Shown here: positions 1 to 9,778 of the stretch, in pieces | Layout: each line of letters opens with the position of its first letter | Position numbering within the stretch: the first letter of the stretch is position 1 | Assembly (NCBI GenBank): GCA_965219025.1 | Contig: OZ244716.1 | Span: 1,612,419 to 1,676,418, forward strand | DNA: 64,000 bases | Direction of reading: 5' to 3' | Source of the DNA: Dehalococcoidia bacterium | GTDB taxonomy: Bacteria; Chloroflexota; Dehalococcoidia; Lucifugimonadales; UBA2985 | The notes under the pieces: model-generated | What the model was told of the DNA's origin: nothing | What the model saw: only the letters and a program-made list of their open reading frames with translations | Database searches by the model: none | Made by a program: the position numbers and the translations under genes

Positions 1-60
1 TACAATCGCTCCAGTCCGCCGCGCCAAAGACCCTGCCGCCGCGGAGAAAGGACGTCCCGC

Positions 61-618
61 ATGAAGATAGGCCTCATTTCGGACACGCAGGTCCCTTCGG
101 CAGAGCTTTCGCCAAACGTGAGGAAGGTCTTCGAAGGGGTCGCTCTCATTCTCCACGCCGGTGACATCCTGATTCCGGCCTGCCTGGACTACCTGGAGGA
201 AATCGCCCCGGTGATGGCGGTGGAGACGGGTGCAGAGCGCCAGTTCGCCGGCGACTCCCGGGTGGCGGAGCACCACCGCGTGGTGGAGGCCGAGGGCCAC
301 TCCATAGGCATGGTGCACGAGCTATCCATTCCGCATATCATCGCGCTTGAGGTGCTGCCGGGTGTGATTGAGAATCGCTTCCCGGCGGACGCCTCGCTTC
401 CGGACGCGCTGGCCCAGGTTTTCGGCCAGAAGGTGGACGTGGTGGTGTGCGGCTTCTCGCACATCAGCTTGGTTGAGGAACACCAGGGCATAATGATCAT
501 CAATCCCGGCTCCGCAACGTGGCCCAACCAGCGCGTGATGCCAGGCACGGTGGCAGTCCTAGATCTGACGCCCGACAGCCGGGAGGTCCGGATCATCGAC
601 CTGAACGCGATGGAATAG
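61..618 (+). CDS. metallophosphoesterase (YfcE/MJ0936-type phosphodiesterase family)
   Basis: 185-aa ORF with MKIGLISDTQ and HAGDI motifs and later GFSHI and NPGS blocks. These are typical of calcineurin-like phosphoesterases. Confidence 0.8.
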   Translation: MKIGLISDTQVPSAELSPNVRKVFEGVALILHAGDILIPACLDYLEEIAPVMAVETGAERQFAGDSRVAEHHRVVEAEGHSIGMVHELSIPHIIALEVLPGVIENRFPADASLPDALAQVFGQKVDVVVCGFSHISLVEEHQGIMIINPGSATWPNQRVMPGTVAVLDLTPDSREVRIIDLNAME

Positions 619-639
619 GGGGCGGCCCTCCTCCCCCCG

Positions 640-740
640 AAACCACTCCTGCGGAAGCAGGAGTCCACGTCATCCGCCGCGAATCGAGATGGATACCTGC
701 TTTCGCAGGAAGGACGGGACGAAGGCGGTCGTGACGCGTC
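640..740. repeat. GC-rich intergenic palindromic repeat element (copy 1)
   Basis: Hairpin ACTCCTGC-GGAA-GCAGGAGT at 645-664. It is followed by gtcatccgccgcgaatc and cctgctttcgcagg units that resemble the copies at 32436 and 58850-58910. Confidence 0.5.
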
Positions 741-759
741 TGGAAACCAGACCGCAATC

Positions 760-1653
760 CTATGCGCCGGGTGCCATGGTCCTGATCAGCTCCGGGCGAA
801 TTCGCTCCATGATCTCGGCGATGTGGAAGTGGCGATTCAGCACGTAGAAGTGAATACCGGCCACGTCGTGCTCCAGCAGGTCTGAGGCCTGCTCGGCCGT
901 GTGTGATATGCCCACTTCGTGGACTCGCTCCTCATCATCGCCCGCCTCCTCCAGCCGCCGCATGAGGCCCGCGGGGATGGTTGCGCCGCACATGCCGGTG
1001 ATGCGCTTGATCTGGTCCACGTTCAGTATCGGCATCAGCCCGGCGACAATTGGCTGACGAATGCCGATGGCGCGGCACCTTTCCACGAAGCTGTAGAAGT
1101 CCCGATTGTCGTAGAAGAGCTGGGTGATGATCACATCCGCACCGCTGTCCACCTTGAGCTTGAGGTTGTGCAGATCGGTCTCGGAATCGGGGGCCTCCTG
1201 GTGCGTTTCCGGGTAGCCGGCGACGGCGATTCCGAATCCCCCGTGGCGTTTCACGTGCTCAACCAGCTCGTAGCCGTGGCGGTAACCGTCGGGGCGCGGC
1301 GTGAAGGTGGACTCGCCGCGTGGCGGGTCGCCGCGCAGCGCCACGATGTTCTCGATGTTCTGCGCCTGGATTTCGTCGAGCAACCGGTCGATGTCGTCGC
1401 GGCCTGCGCCAACGCAGGTGAGGTGGTGTGCCGTCTCCATGCCAAGGCCGTTCTTGATCAGGGACGCCACCTCCAGAGTACGCTCGCGGGTGCTGCCCAT
1501 GGCGCCATAGGTGACCGTCAAGAGCGAAGGCCCCAGCCGTAGGAGCCTCGGAATCCGCTCCTCCAGCTCGGCCATTGAGGCCTGAGTGCGTGGCGGGAAC
1601 AGCTCGAAGGAAATTGCCGGCTGGCTGGTCCCGTACACGTCAGGAAACTTCAT
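760..1653 (-). CDS. metF: methylenetetrahydrofolate reductase
   Basis: 297 aa. ISFELFPP, LTVTYGA, HLTC and ALRGDPP blocks are characteristic of MetF. Confidence 0.9.
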   Translation of the reverse strand: MKFPDVYGTSQPAISFELFPPRTQASMAELEERIPRLLRLGPSLLTVTYGAMGSTRERTLEVASLIKNGLGMETAHHLTCVGAGRDDIDRLLDEIQAQNIENIVALRGDPPRGESTFTPRPDGYRHGYELVEHVKRHGGFGIAVAGYPETHQEAPDSETDLHNLKLKVDSGADVIITQLFYDNRDFYSFVERCRAIGIRQPIVAGLMPILNVDQIKRITGMCGATIPAGLMRRLEEAGDDEERVHEVGISHTAEQASDLLEHDVAGIHFYVLNRHFHIAEIMERIRPELIRTMAPGA

Positions 1654-1704
1654 TGCTGCTGCCCTTCGTTGCGTCGCATAGCCTGTGTTGCCGGGAACCG
1701 AACG

Positions 1705-2811
1705 CTACAGGAGCGCTCCCAGGATCACGCCTCCGGCGATGGCAGAGCCGAGCACTCCGGCCACGTTGGGCCCCATCGCGTGCATGATCAACCAGGTGTC
1801 GCTGTCTTCCTCCTGTCCCACCGTGTGGGCTACGCGGGCAGCCATCGGTACGGCCGACACGCCTGCTGCGCCTATCAGTGGGTTGATCTTCCGCCTGGAG
1901 ACCAGGTACATGGCCTTGCCAAGCAATACGCCGGAGACCGTGGCCACTGTGAATGCGAACAGGCCCAGAGCGAATATGCCCAGCGTGTGAGGCTCCAGGA
2001 ATCGGTCGGCCGTCATGGTGGAGCCGACGGTGAGTCCCAGGAATATGGTGGTGACGTTGATGAGCTCGTTCTGGGAGGCGCGGGCCAGCCGGTCCACAAC
2101 TCCGGCCTCTCTCAGTATGTTGCCGAACATGAGCATTCCCACCAGGGGTGCGGCCTTTGGCGCCACCAGGCTGGCCAGGATGATGACGATGATGGGGAAG
2201 AGGATCCGGGCCTTGTAGGAGGCGGTGCGGGAGGGATACGGCATCTTGACCTGGCGCTCGCGTCGGGTTGTGAGCAACCTCATGATGGGGGGCTGGATGA
2301 GCGGCACCAACGCCATGTAGGAATAGGCGGCGACGGCAATGGGGCCCCACAGGTCTGGGTCGGCAAGCTGCGTGGACACGAAGATAGTCGTTGGGCCGTC
2401 AGCTGAGCCAATGATGCCTATGGCGCCTGCATTGTTCAGGTCCCACCCGAGCAGCAGGGCGGCCATTATGGCCGCGAATATGCCGAACTGCGCCGCCGCG
2501 CCCAGGAGCACGGTGGTTGGGTTCTGTATGAGAGGCGTGAAGTCGGTGAGCGCGCCCACGCCCAGGAACATGAGGAGCGGGAACAGCTCGTTGTCCAGCC
2601 CGACCTTCCGCAGGATGCCCAGGAAGCCGTCATCTTCGGCGATGCCGGTCGCGGGAAGGTTGGCGAGAAGCACACCCAGGCCTATGGGCAGCAGTAGTAA
2701 CGGCTCGTACTTGCGGGCCAAGCCCAGGTATACCAGCAGCAGGGCAATGGCCATCATTGCGACCGCGCCCCACGTCAGGTCCGGGATTGCGCCGAGTGCC
2801 TCGCCGAACAT
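1705..2811 (-). CDS. sodium ion-translocating decarboxylase beta subunit (OadB/GcdB/MmdB family)
   Basis: 368-aa polytopic membrane protein. It has the family-typical N-terminus (LLLPIGLGVLLANLP) and a DNELFPLLMFLGVGALTDF block. Confidence 0.9.
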   Translation of the reverse strand: MFGEALGAIPDLTWGAVAMMAIALLLVYLGLARKYEPLLLLPIGLGVLLANLPATGIAEDDGFLGILRKVGLDNELFPLLMFLGVGALTDFTPLIQNPTTVLLGAAAQFGIFAAIMAALLLGWDLNNAGAIGIIGSADGPTTIFVSTQLADPDLWGPIAVAAYSYMALVPLIQPPIMRLLTTRRERQVKMPYPSRTASYKARILFPIIVIILASLVAPKAAPLVGMLMFGNILREAGVVDRLARASQNELINVTTIFLGLTVGSTMTADRFLEPHTLGIFALGLFAFTVATVSGVLLGKAMYLVSRRKINPLIGAAGVSAVPMAARVAHTVGQEEDSDTWLIMHAMGPNVAGVLGSAIAGGVILGALL

Positions 2812-2812
2812 G

Positions 2813-3367
2813 CTACGTCGCCCTCCCTCTGGATGAATGGTATGCGCTGTGAGTCCTGTGTCCGTAGGCAGGTGGTCTCCGCCCTTGGCTGCTCCACAGA
2901 GCGGCCCTGCCCATGTTGCTCCAGTTGCTCGTCAGCTCCGCGGGTTGCGGAGCCGCTTGCGATGCGGAAACCGGGACCTGGCCCGCGCCCGCTCGCTCGA
3001 ATTCCTCCTGCTCCATAGCCAGGTACACGGATACGGCGAGGGCAGCGACCTTTGCTCCGGTCACGCCGTCGCGAGGCGCCGTGACGGTCACAGGCGGTGG
3101 CGCCGGGGCCGGTGCGGGTGCGGGCGGCGGAGATGCCTCGACCTGGGGCGGCGCCTCAATGGGCGCGGGCGGCTCGGCGGCCGGCGCGGCGGCCTCATCC
3201 AGGGCCGCGGTCGACTGCGTCTCCGGCGCCTCGGCCTCTTCCACCTCTTCGCCCGGGAACAGCCTGCCGAGCGCGAAGAGGATTATCATCAGCGCAATCA
3301 GCGTTGAGAACACCAGGGCCATGCCCGCTCCGGCCAGCCTGAGGCCCTCAGCCAGCTCTGCGCTCAT
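2813..3367 (-). CDS. OadG-like decarboxylase gamma subunit with Ala/Pro-rich linker
   Basis: N-terminal single TM helix GMALVFSTLIALMIILFALGRLF typical of OadG. The gene abuts the beta subunit start, and its ATG overlaps the recO stop (ATGA at 3364-3367). Confidence 0.6.
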   Translation of the reverse strand: MSAELAEGLRLAGAGMALVFSTLIALMIILFALGRLFPGEEVEEAEAPETQSTAALDEAAAPAAEPPAPIEAPPQVEASPPPAPAPAPAPPPVTVTAPRDGVTGAKVAALAVSVYLAMEQEEFERAGAGQVPVSASQAAPQPAELTSNWSNMGRAALWSSQGRRPPAYGHRTHSAYHSSRGRAT

Positions 3368-4182
3368 GCGCGCCCTCCTCCGGTTGTGGTCTCGGCCAGC
3401 GCAGGGGCTGTTCCGCTCTTGTTACCCTGCGAAACCTGGCCAAGGAAACGAGTTCCCCTCGGTTCCCGGTCCAGGACGTACTGCAGCAGCGCCTCCATCA
3501 GGCGTCTCATCTCGGTCAGGGTCTCGTCGTCCAGTCGCAGCCTGACCGCGTCCTCGATGCGCTCACACCTCTGCAGGAATCGCAGAGCCTTGAGCGTGTT
3601 CAGTGATAGTGGTAGAACGGACACTCCCGGCGGGTGGCAGCCGTCGCAGATGCAGCCTCCCTGGCCCGGCGCGAAGCGATGGCGGCCCGGTTCCAGGGCC
3701 GTCTCGCACTCCACGCAGCGATGGAGCTCCGGCATGAACCCGCTGTGGCCGAGCAGCCTGAGCTGGAAGTGCGGCAGCAGGGCCGGCCCCGCCGAGTCTG
3801 CCAGCGATCGTAGCGTCTCCAGCAGCAGCCTGTAGACGGGGTAGTTGGCCTGGCCCTCCGGCGTTGAAGCGTCCACCAGCTCCGCCATGTAGATCGCCTG
3901 CGACAGCCTGTCCAGGTCCTCCCGGACGGCGCGGAAACCCTCCAGCACCTCGGCCTGCTGCACGGAGTCCATGCTCTGGCCGCGCGTCATGAGGAGCGAA
4001 GTGCGCATGAGAGGCTCCAGGTGGCCGCCCAAGCGGCTCTTGATCTTCCGCGCGCCCCTTGCGACGGCACGGAGTCTGCCCTGATTGGGCGTGTAGAGAG
4101 TGACAATGTAGTCGGCCTCTCCCAGCGGGAGGTGCCTGAGCACGATGGCCTCGGTCTTGTGAATGCGCGGTTGGGTGGTCAT
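3364..4182 (-). CDS. recO: DNA repair protein RecO
   Basis: 272 aa with an OB-fold N-terminus (EAIVLRHLPLGEADYIVTLYT..GRLRAVARGARK) and a C-terminal Cys cluster (CVEC...C.C..C). Confidence 0.9.
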   Translation of the reverse strand: MTTQPRIHKTEAIVLRHLPLGEADYIVTLYTPNQGRLRAVARGARKIKSRLGGHLEPLMRTSLLMTRGQSMDSVQQAEVLEGFRAVREDLDRLSQAIYMAELVDASTPEGQANYPVYRLLLETLRSLADSAGPALLPHFQLRLLGHSGFMPELHRCVECETALEPGRHRFAPGQGGCICDGCHPPGVSVLPLSLNTLKALRFLQRCERIEDAVRLRLDDETLTEMRRLMEALLQYVLDREPRGTRFLGQVSQGNKSGTAPALAETTTGGGRA

Positions 4183-4198
4183 GGCTATTGAGCAGGCT

Positions 4199-4813
4199 TC
4201 AGATCTCCTGCCGTCCCTCCAGGGCGCGGCTGAGGGTGACGGAGTCGGCGAACTCCAGGTCGCTGCCCACGGGCAGGCCTCGGGCCAGCCGGGTGACGTG
4301 TGCCACCAGCGGGGATAGCAGCCTGTGGACGTACATCGCAGTGCTCTCGCCCTCCAGGCTTGGGTTGGTAGCCAGAATCACCTCCGTGACCTCGCCGCTC
4401 CGGAGTCGCTCCAGCAGCTCGCGGATCCGCAGGTTCTCCGGGCCGATGCCCGTGGCAGGCGAAATCGCTCCGTGGAGCACATGGTACAGACCTCGATAGG
4501 CCTGCGTACGCTCCAGCGACAGCACGTCCAGCGGCTCCTCCACCACGCAGATTCGTGAGCGGTCCCGGCCCGTGTGCGAGCAGAGGTAGCATGGGCTCTC
4601 CTCCGTGATGTTCTGGCACACGCTGCAGAAGACGACCCTCTCCTTGACCGAGATGATGGACTCCGCCAGGGAGGTGGCCTCCTCTTCCGGCATGCGTATG
4701 AGGTAGTAGGCCAGGCGCTGGGCGCTCTTGGGGCCTATGCCGGGCAGCTTGTGGAACTCCTGTATCAGGCGTGCCAGTGGAGCCGCCACGGATGGAAGGA
4801 AATCGTAGGTCAT
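4199..4813 (-). CDS. recR: recombination protein RecR
   Basis: 204 aa with LPGIGPKSAQRLAYYL (helix-hairpin-helix), a C4 zinc finger (CSVC..C..C) and a Toprim region. Confidence 0.95.
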   Translation of the reverse strand: MTYDFLPSVAAPLARLIQEFHKLPGIGPKSAQRLAYYLIRMPEEEATSLAESIISVKERVVFCSVCQNITEESPCYLCSHTGRDRSRICVVEEPLDVLSLERTQAYRGLYHVLHGAISPATGIGPENLRIRELLERLRSGEVTEVILATNPSLEGESTAMYVHRLLSPLVAHVTRLARGLPVGSDLEFADSVTLSRALEGRQEI

Positions 4814-4859
4814 GAGGTTATCCGGGCAGTAGTCTCTTGTCTCCGCGTGTCCTGGATTT

Positions 4860-5165
4860 CTACGTCAGCCCCGGTATCTTGAATCCGCCGGTAATGGCTG
4901 AAATGCTGTTCTGGGCCATGGCTTGGGCCTTTTCGAGCGCCTCGTTGGTGGCAGCCGTCACGAGGTCCTGGAGCATCTCCACGTCCTCGCTGTCCACCAC
5001 CTCCGGCGCTATCTCTATCGAGCGTATCCTGAGGCTGCCGGTGATCACAACCTTGACTGCGCCGCCGCCTGCAGTGGCCTCCACCTCCGCGGTCTCCAGG
5101 TCCTCCTGGGCTTTGGCCAGCCGCGCCTGCATCTGCTGCGCCTGGCGAAGCATATTCCTATTCAT
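4860..5165 (-). CDS. ybaB: YbaB/EbfC family nucleoid-associated protein
   Basis: MNRNMLRQAQQMQARLAKAQEDL... is the family signature. The start is trimmed to the ATG at 5165, preceded by GGAGG. It overlaps the dnaX stop, giving the usual dnaX-ybaB-recR order. Confidence 0.9.
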   Translation of the reverse strand: MNRNMLRQAQQMQARLAKAQEDLETAEVEATAGGGAVKVVITGSLRIRSIEIAPEVVDSEDVEMLQDLVTAATNEALEKAQAMAQNSISAITGGFKIPGLT

Positions 5166-6828
5166 TCTGAGCCTCCTGAGTTCCGACTTCCTGGACAATC
5201 TGGGCGCCCATATTTCGCGCCGCCCGCACAAGGTGGCCCCTTGGTGCGTTTGGGCGTCCCGCGCCCTGGTCTGCAAGGGACAGGCGCAGGTTGTACTGGA
5301 CGCCCGTTACGTTTTTCACCGTATCTTGTATTTGCCTGCGGGCATCCGGGTTGTCTATCTCCTCCTGCAGCCTCTCCATGTTTGGCCGAGTCTTGAACTC
5401 CAGCACCAGTGTATCATCCTCGGTGTAGCGCCTGGAGCAGTCAAGCAGTAGAGCGCGGATGTTGTACTTGTTGGGTTTGAGGACGCGCGTGGCCTTGAGA
5501 AGGGCGTCCCACTGAGCCTCCGGCAGGCTGCCTTCAGCCGGTTCGATGTCCCGGTGAGCCCCGTTGCTTGCCTGTGCCTGGACTGCAGCCGGCCGCGGCC
5601 TGTCCTGCGAGACGTCCGCGTCCGAGGTCGAGCGGGCGTACCCGCCGGCCTGCGCGGGGGGTGCGGCGCGAGCGGGCGTGGCGGCCGGCGGCTGCTGCCG
5701 CGCGCGGGGCTGCGGCGCTGGCGGGGCAGGCTCCGGAGCGAGCGCCTCCGCCGGCGCCGGTTCCAGGCAGCATTCCAGTAGGGCCAGCTCCAGCGATAGG
5801 GTGGACGGCTCGTCCTGGCGTGGCGCAGCCTGCTCGAAGGCGCGGAGCGTTCTGAGGACGCGCTCCGCCGTGGCGCCCTGCGAGATCTCGGTCAGCGTCT
5901 GCGCCGCCTCAGGCGAATGCTCCAGCAGCTCGCGTGCGCCGGCGCTTATCAGCAGCAGGCCTCGCAGGTAGTCCTGTACCTGCCGGTGGAATCGCCGCAG
6001 GTCCAGGCCGCGCTCAGCCACGGAGCTGATGGTCATCAGTCCCTCCCTGGCGTCGCCGCGCAGTACGTGGCCAACGAGGGCCAGCGCAATCTCATCGTCG
6101 CCTATGCCCAGCATCTCCCTGACGTGGGCCAGGCTGACGTCGGAGTCGTGCGAGACCACCAGCTGCTCCAGCAGGTTCTCGGCATCGCGGAGGCTGCCTG
6201 AGGCGCTGCGCGCGAGAGCCTTGAGAGCCTGCGGCTCGGCGCGGATGCCTTCGCCGTCGCAGAGCTCGGCCAGGCGCCCCTCGATGTGCTCCTGGGACAG
6301 GCGGTGGAAGTCGAACCGCTGGCACCTGGAGACCACCGTGGCGGGCACCTTGTGCGCCTCCGTGGTAGCCAGTATAAAGATGGCGTGAGCGGGCGGCTCC
6401 TCCAGCGTCTTGAGCAGAGCGTTGAAGGCAGGCTCAGTCAGCATGTGGACCTCGTCCACGATGTAGACCTTGAACGCGCCCTCGGCGGGGGTGAAGTGCA
6501 CCTTTTCGCGCAGGCTGCGGATGTCGTCGATGCCGCGGTGGCTGGCGGCATCGATCTCGATCAGGTCCATGGACCTGGTCTCGTTGATGGCGGAGCAGGT
6601 GCGGCACTCGTTGCACGGCTCGCCGTCACGCGGCTCCAGGCAGCTGACGGCCTTGGCAAGAATGCGCGCGGTGCTGGTCTTGCCCGTGCCCCTTGGCCCG
6701 CAGAAAAGATACGCGTGCGCCATTCTGCCCTGCACGACGGCCTGCCGCAGCGTGCGGGTCACGTGCTCCTGGCCTTTCACGTCCGCCAACAGGCGGGGAC
6801 GCCACTTGCGATAGAATACCTGGGGCAA
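5158..6828 (-). CDS. dnaX: DNA polymerase III subunit gamma/tau
   Basis: 556 aa with Walker A GPRGTGKTS, a C..C..C zinc module, DEVHML and SRCQRF boxes, and an Ala/Pro-rich linker. Confidence 0.95.
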   Translation of the reverse strand: MPQVFYRKWRPRLLADVKGQEHVTRTLRQAVVQGRMAHAYLFCGPRGTGKTSTARILAKAVSCLEPRDGEPCNECRTCSAINETRSMDLIEIDAASHRGIDDIRSLREKVHFTPAEGAFKVYIVDEVHMLTEPAFNALLKTLEEPPAHAIFILATTEAHKVPATVVSRCQRFDFHRLSQEHIEGRLAELCDGEGIRAEPQALKALARSASGSLRDAENLLEQLVVSHDSDVSLAHVREMLGIGDDEIALALVGHVLRGDAREGLMTISSVAERGLDLRRFHRQVQDYLRGLLLISAGARELLEHSPEAAQTLTEISQGATAERVLRTLRAFEQAAPRQDEPSTLSLELALLECCLEPAPAEALAPEPAPPAPQPRARQQPPAATPARAAPPAQAGGYARSTSDADVSQDRPRPAAVQAQASNGAHRDIEPAEGSLPEAQWDALLKATRVLKPNKYNIRALLLDCSRRYTEDDTLVLEFKTRPNMERLQEEIDNPDARRQIQDTVKNVTGVQYNLRLSLADQGAGRPNAPRGHLVRAARNMGAQIVQEVGTQEAQNE

Positions 6829-6846
6829 CTTCCTGTCCTGCTCCTG

Positions 6847-7353
6847 TTACATGGGCACCCGGGCCAGCACGTCGTCCTGTACGGCCCACATGCGCTGCTT
6901 TTCGCAGTCGTCCGCGTGATCGTAGCCTAGAAGGTGCAGCACGCCGTGGACAACCAGCAGGGCCATCTCCGCCCTAACGAGCTTGCGGGCCTCTTTGGCC
7001 TGCCGCGCCGCCTGTGGGTAGGAGATGACGACCTCGCCCACGGGAGCGCTCGCCTCCGGTGGCAGGCCTTCGAGGCTGCCGTTGCCGCCTGATGCGGCGT
7101 CGTCCTCTTCGTACCGCGACTCCCAGAGCGGGAAGGCCAGCACGTCCGTTGGCTCGTCGAGCCCTCGGAAGTCCCGGTTGAGGCCGTGGACGGTCTCGTC
7201 GTCGGCGACCACCAGGCTGATGCAGAGCGGCGACTCCTCGTCCCGCACGTCCAGAGCAAGCTCCACCACATCCCGCAGCCAGGCCTTGGACAGCCTGCGC
7301 GAATACGGAGGGAACACCTGAACGTCAATGCTCCGGGAGGGGACTTGAGCCAC
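6847..7353 (-). CDS. ybeY: rRNA maturation endoribonuclease YbeY
   Basis: 168 aa with the C-terminal HGVLHLLGYDH zinc-binding motif. Confidence 0.9.
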   Translation of the reverse strand: MAQVPSRSIDVQVFPPYSRRLSKAWLRDVVELALDVRDEESPLCISLVVADDETVHGLNRDFRGLDEPTDVLAFPLWESRYEEDDAASGGNGSLEGLPPEASAPVGEVVISYPQAARQAKEARKLVRAEMALLVVHGVLHLLGYDHADDCEKQRMWAVQDDVLARVPM

Positions 7354-7552
7354 GGGGCTACCTCACAACCTCAGTACAGTATCGACCGCGCCATCATATC
7401 ATAGGCGGTTTGCAAGCTACAAGAAAAGCGCAGCGGCCGTAGAGGCCGCCTCCATCGACTGGCGCGACCGCGCAGGCTAGAATGGAGGTGGACACACCAT
7501 CACAAGCGTCCGAGCGTCCGGACTCGGCGTTCGGCACGCGGAATTCAGGGCG

Positions 7553-9745
7553 TTGATCTCACTGCGAAACCGTCGCACCCCACTGCGAAGCGCCGCTAAG
7601 TGGCTCGCTCTGTCGCTGCTGGCCGCGCTTCCCGCCGTCGCCGGCTGCGAAGCTGCCGCCACGCCGGAGGTCGCAGTCATTGAGAAGGACAAGCCGGACT
7701 GGATAGAGGCCAGGCTGGAGACCATCAAGGTCATCTATAACCTAACGCCCGAGGGCGAGCGCTTCCTGGAGAAGCACGACCTCCGCTGGATGCGTGGCGA
7801 GCCGGGATGGTTCGGCAGCTTCGGCTACGACCGCTGGACGGGCGTTGGGGAGTCCCGCCTGGGGCCGATCATGCACGAGATGGGTCATGCCTACTGGGGC
7901 GCGTTCGAGGTCACGGGCCGCGCCGACCTGAGCTGGGATTACCCGGACGGCCGCCACGAGTCGTCGGCCATCCTGCAGCTCCACGCAGACCTGATCGCCT
8001 TCATGGCGCAGCCTCCGGACCCGTACGAGCCACTGCGCGAGCGGCTGCGCAACCTGCCGGATACACAGCTGGGCGACGAGTCCGGGCTGCTCCATTTCGG
8101 GGAGGCCGACCTCGTGCACACCACGGGCGGCAACGCCCTCCTGCTGCCGCCCATCCTGCGCAAGTACTTCGACGGCTACCTCACAGGCGGCTCGTTCGAC
8201 TCGTGGTACGAGGTACTGGAGTGGTACCAGGGCCTCACGCGAGAGGACGCCCGTGCGGCGGCCGTCTTCTTCGGACTCGACCACCTGGACTTCGATCTGT
8301 ACCGCGACCTGGAGCCAGCCAGGAGCATGTCGCTACCGGAGGGTATCGCCGCGCTGGTGGAGCGCGAGGAGAGGCAGAGGCTCCAGGATTTCGCGATTCA
8401 GTTTGATCTCGTCACGGGCCTGGAGGAGTTGGATGGCAGGCTCATTGCGCTGGAGCTGCGGTTTCTCCGGGGCTACCTGGAGGACAAACTGGCGCTCCAC
8501 AAGCGCTACCCGGACGCCCTGTCCGGCATCGCGGACGCGACGCCCGCGGCGGCCAGCCTGGAGCGAGTGCTGGATGCCTTTGCGGAGCTGGAGGGAATGC
8601 CGACGGACGAACGCGCCGACCTGCTGGCCTCCCGTATGGAGGAGCCGATCTTCTCGGTGTTCTGGCCGTTGGTGCGCGCCTCCACGATGATGGAGCTTCA
8701 CGCCCGCGGCATCCCCCCGCGAGACACCGAACCCGCAGAGCGCACTACGGACGTGGAGATCGAGAGGCTGGCGCGCGTGGCGGACTCTGCCACAACGATC
8801 CTGGGACGCGCCCGCGACGACCTGGACGTCGGTGTGCGGGACCTGGAGGCCCTGCTGCGCGACGTGCTGGAGCGGAACGACCGCGACGCCGGCCTCGTTC
8901 TCGAGCTGGCCCTTGCCGCGGACCGGGAGCTTGCGGAGCGGGTGGTGGTCCTCCTGGACCATGGCCTGTTGCGGGAGCTGCTCGCCGAGGAGCCGGGCAT
9001 TGTGCGGCAGCTCCTGGAGCCGGAGCAACTGCTGCCGCTCCTCGGAATCACCGCGGACGCGGACGCCGACGACCTGGCGAGCGGCATCCGCGAGCTGATG
9101 CAGGCCACGTCCGGCAACTACCGCACGGACCGGCCATACCTATCGACCGTGTACGAGCTGGTTGCGGAACGGGGCATGTCCAGGCCGGACGAGGCGCTTG
9201 AGGTGATGATTGAGTCGGGGCTGTTTATGGAGGTCATGCTCCGGGAGCGCCCCCGCGAGACGGTCGACATCCTGGCCTCCGACCTCGAGCGCGCGGCGGC
9301 GCTCATAGCCGAAACGACGGGCCACGGCCGGACGCCGCAGGGCATGATACACGCCGTCATCTTCGAGGAGCCGCTGCTGGCCGCCCGGCTGGTCGATATC
9401 TTGAAGGACACCCATTCAGAGGCGGCGCGGGAGGCGCTGGTCCAGTTCGCTTACGACTCGCATCGCAAGGCGGCGCTGCCATCGCTCAGAGTATCGCCGG
9501 AGAACGACGGCGTGTTCATATTGGCGCTGGCCGACCTGCAGGGCGACGGCCGCGTGTCGGAGACGATGGCCGGGGCTATCTCGGCCTACGAGGTGCTCGT
9601 GCGTGACGGGACGGCGCCGCAGGACTTCCTGGAGGCGTACGCGGCCACCCTGGAGGAGGCCGCGGCCGCGCAGTCCGCCGCGGAGGACGGCGAGAGGCTG
9701 CGGCAGATCGTGCGGGATGCGTTCGCGCTGGCGGGCGGGGGGTAG
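7553..9745 (+). CDS. hypothetical lipoprotein with a zincin-like HEMGH motif
   Basis: 730-aa ORF with a TTG start. It has a signal peptide plus lipobox (LAALPAVAGC) and a HEMGHAYWG motif about 105 aa in. The long Asp/Glu/Leu-rich helical C-terminal two thirds show no family I can name. Confidence 0.6.
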   Translation: MISLRNRRTPLRSAAKWLALSLLAALPAVAGCEAAATPEVAVIEKDKPDWIEARLETIKVIYNLTPEGERFLEKHDLRWMRGEPGWFGSFGYDRWTGVGESRLGPIMHEMGHAYWGAFEVTGRADLSWDYPDGRHESSAILQLHADLIAFMAQPPDPYEPLRERLRNLPDTQLGDESGLLHFGEADLVHTTGGNALLLPPILRKYFDGYLTGGSFDSWYEVLEWYQGLTREDARAAAVFFGLDHLDFDLYRDLEPARSMSLPEGIAALVEREERQRLQDFAIQFDLVTGLEELDGRLIALELRFLRGYLEDKLALHKRYPDALSGIADATPAAASLERVLDAFAELEGMPTDERADLLASRMEEPIFSVFWPLVRASTMMELHARGIPPRDTEPAERTTDVEIERLARVADSATTILGRARDDLDVGVRDLEALLRDVLERNDRDAGLVLELALAADRELAERVVVLLDHGLLRELLAEEPGIVRQLLEPEQLLPLLGITADADADDLASGIRELMQATSGNYRTDRPYLSTVYELVAERGMSRPDEALEVMIESGLFMEVMLRERPRETVDILASDLERAAALIAETTGHGRTPQGMIHAVIFEEPLLAARLVDILKDTHSEAAREALVQFAYDSHRKAALPSLRVSPENDGVFILALADLQGDGRVSETMAGAISAYEVLVRDGTAPQDFLEAYAATLEEAAAAQSAAEDGERLRQIVRDAFALAGGG

Positions 9746-9778
9746 GCGGTAGGGTGACTGGCTAGCTAGCTCTGAGTT

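Noticed and set aside
5158-6828. Possible programmed frameshift or slippage site in dnaX (tau/gamma)
   Set aside because: I found no A AAA AAG-type heptamer or long A-run on the coding strand in the expected region. Only short A4-A5 runs are present.
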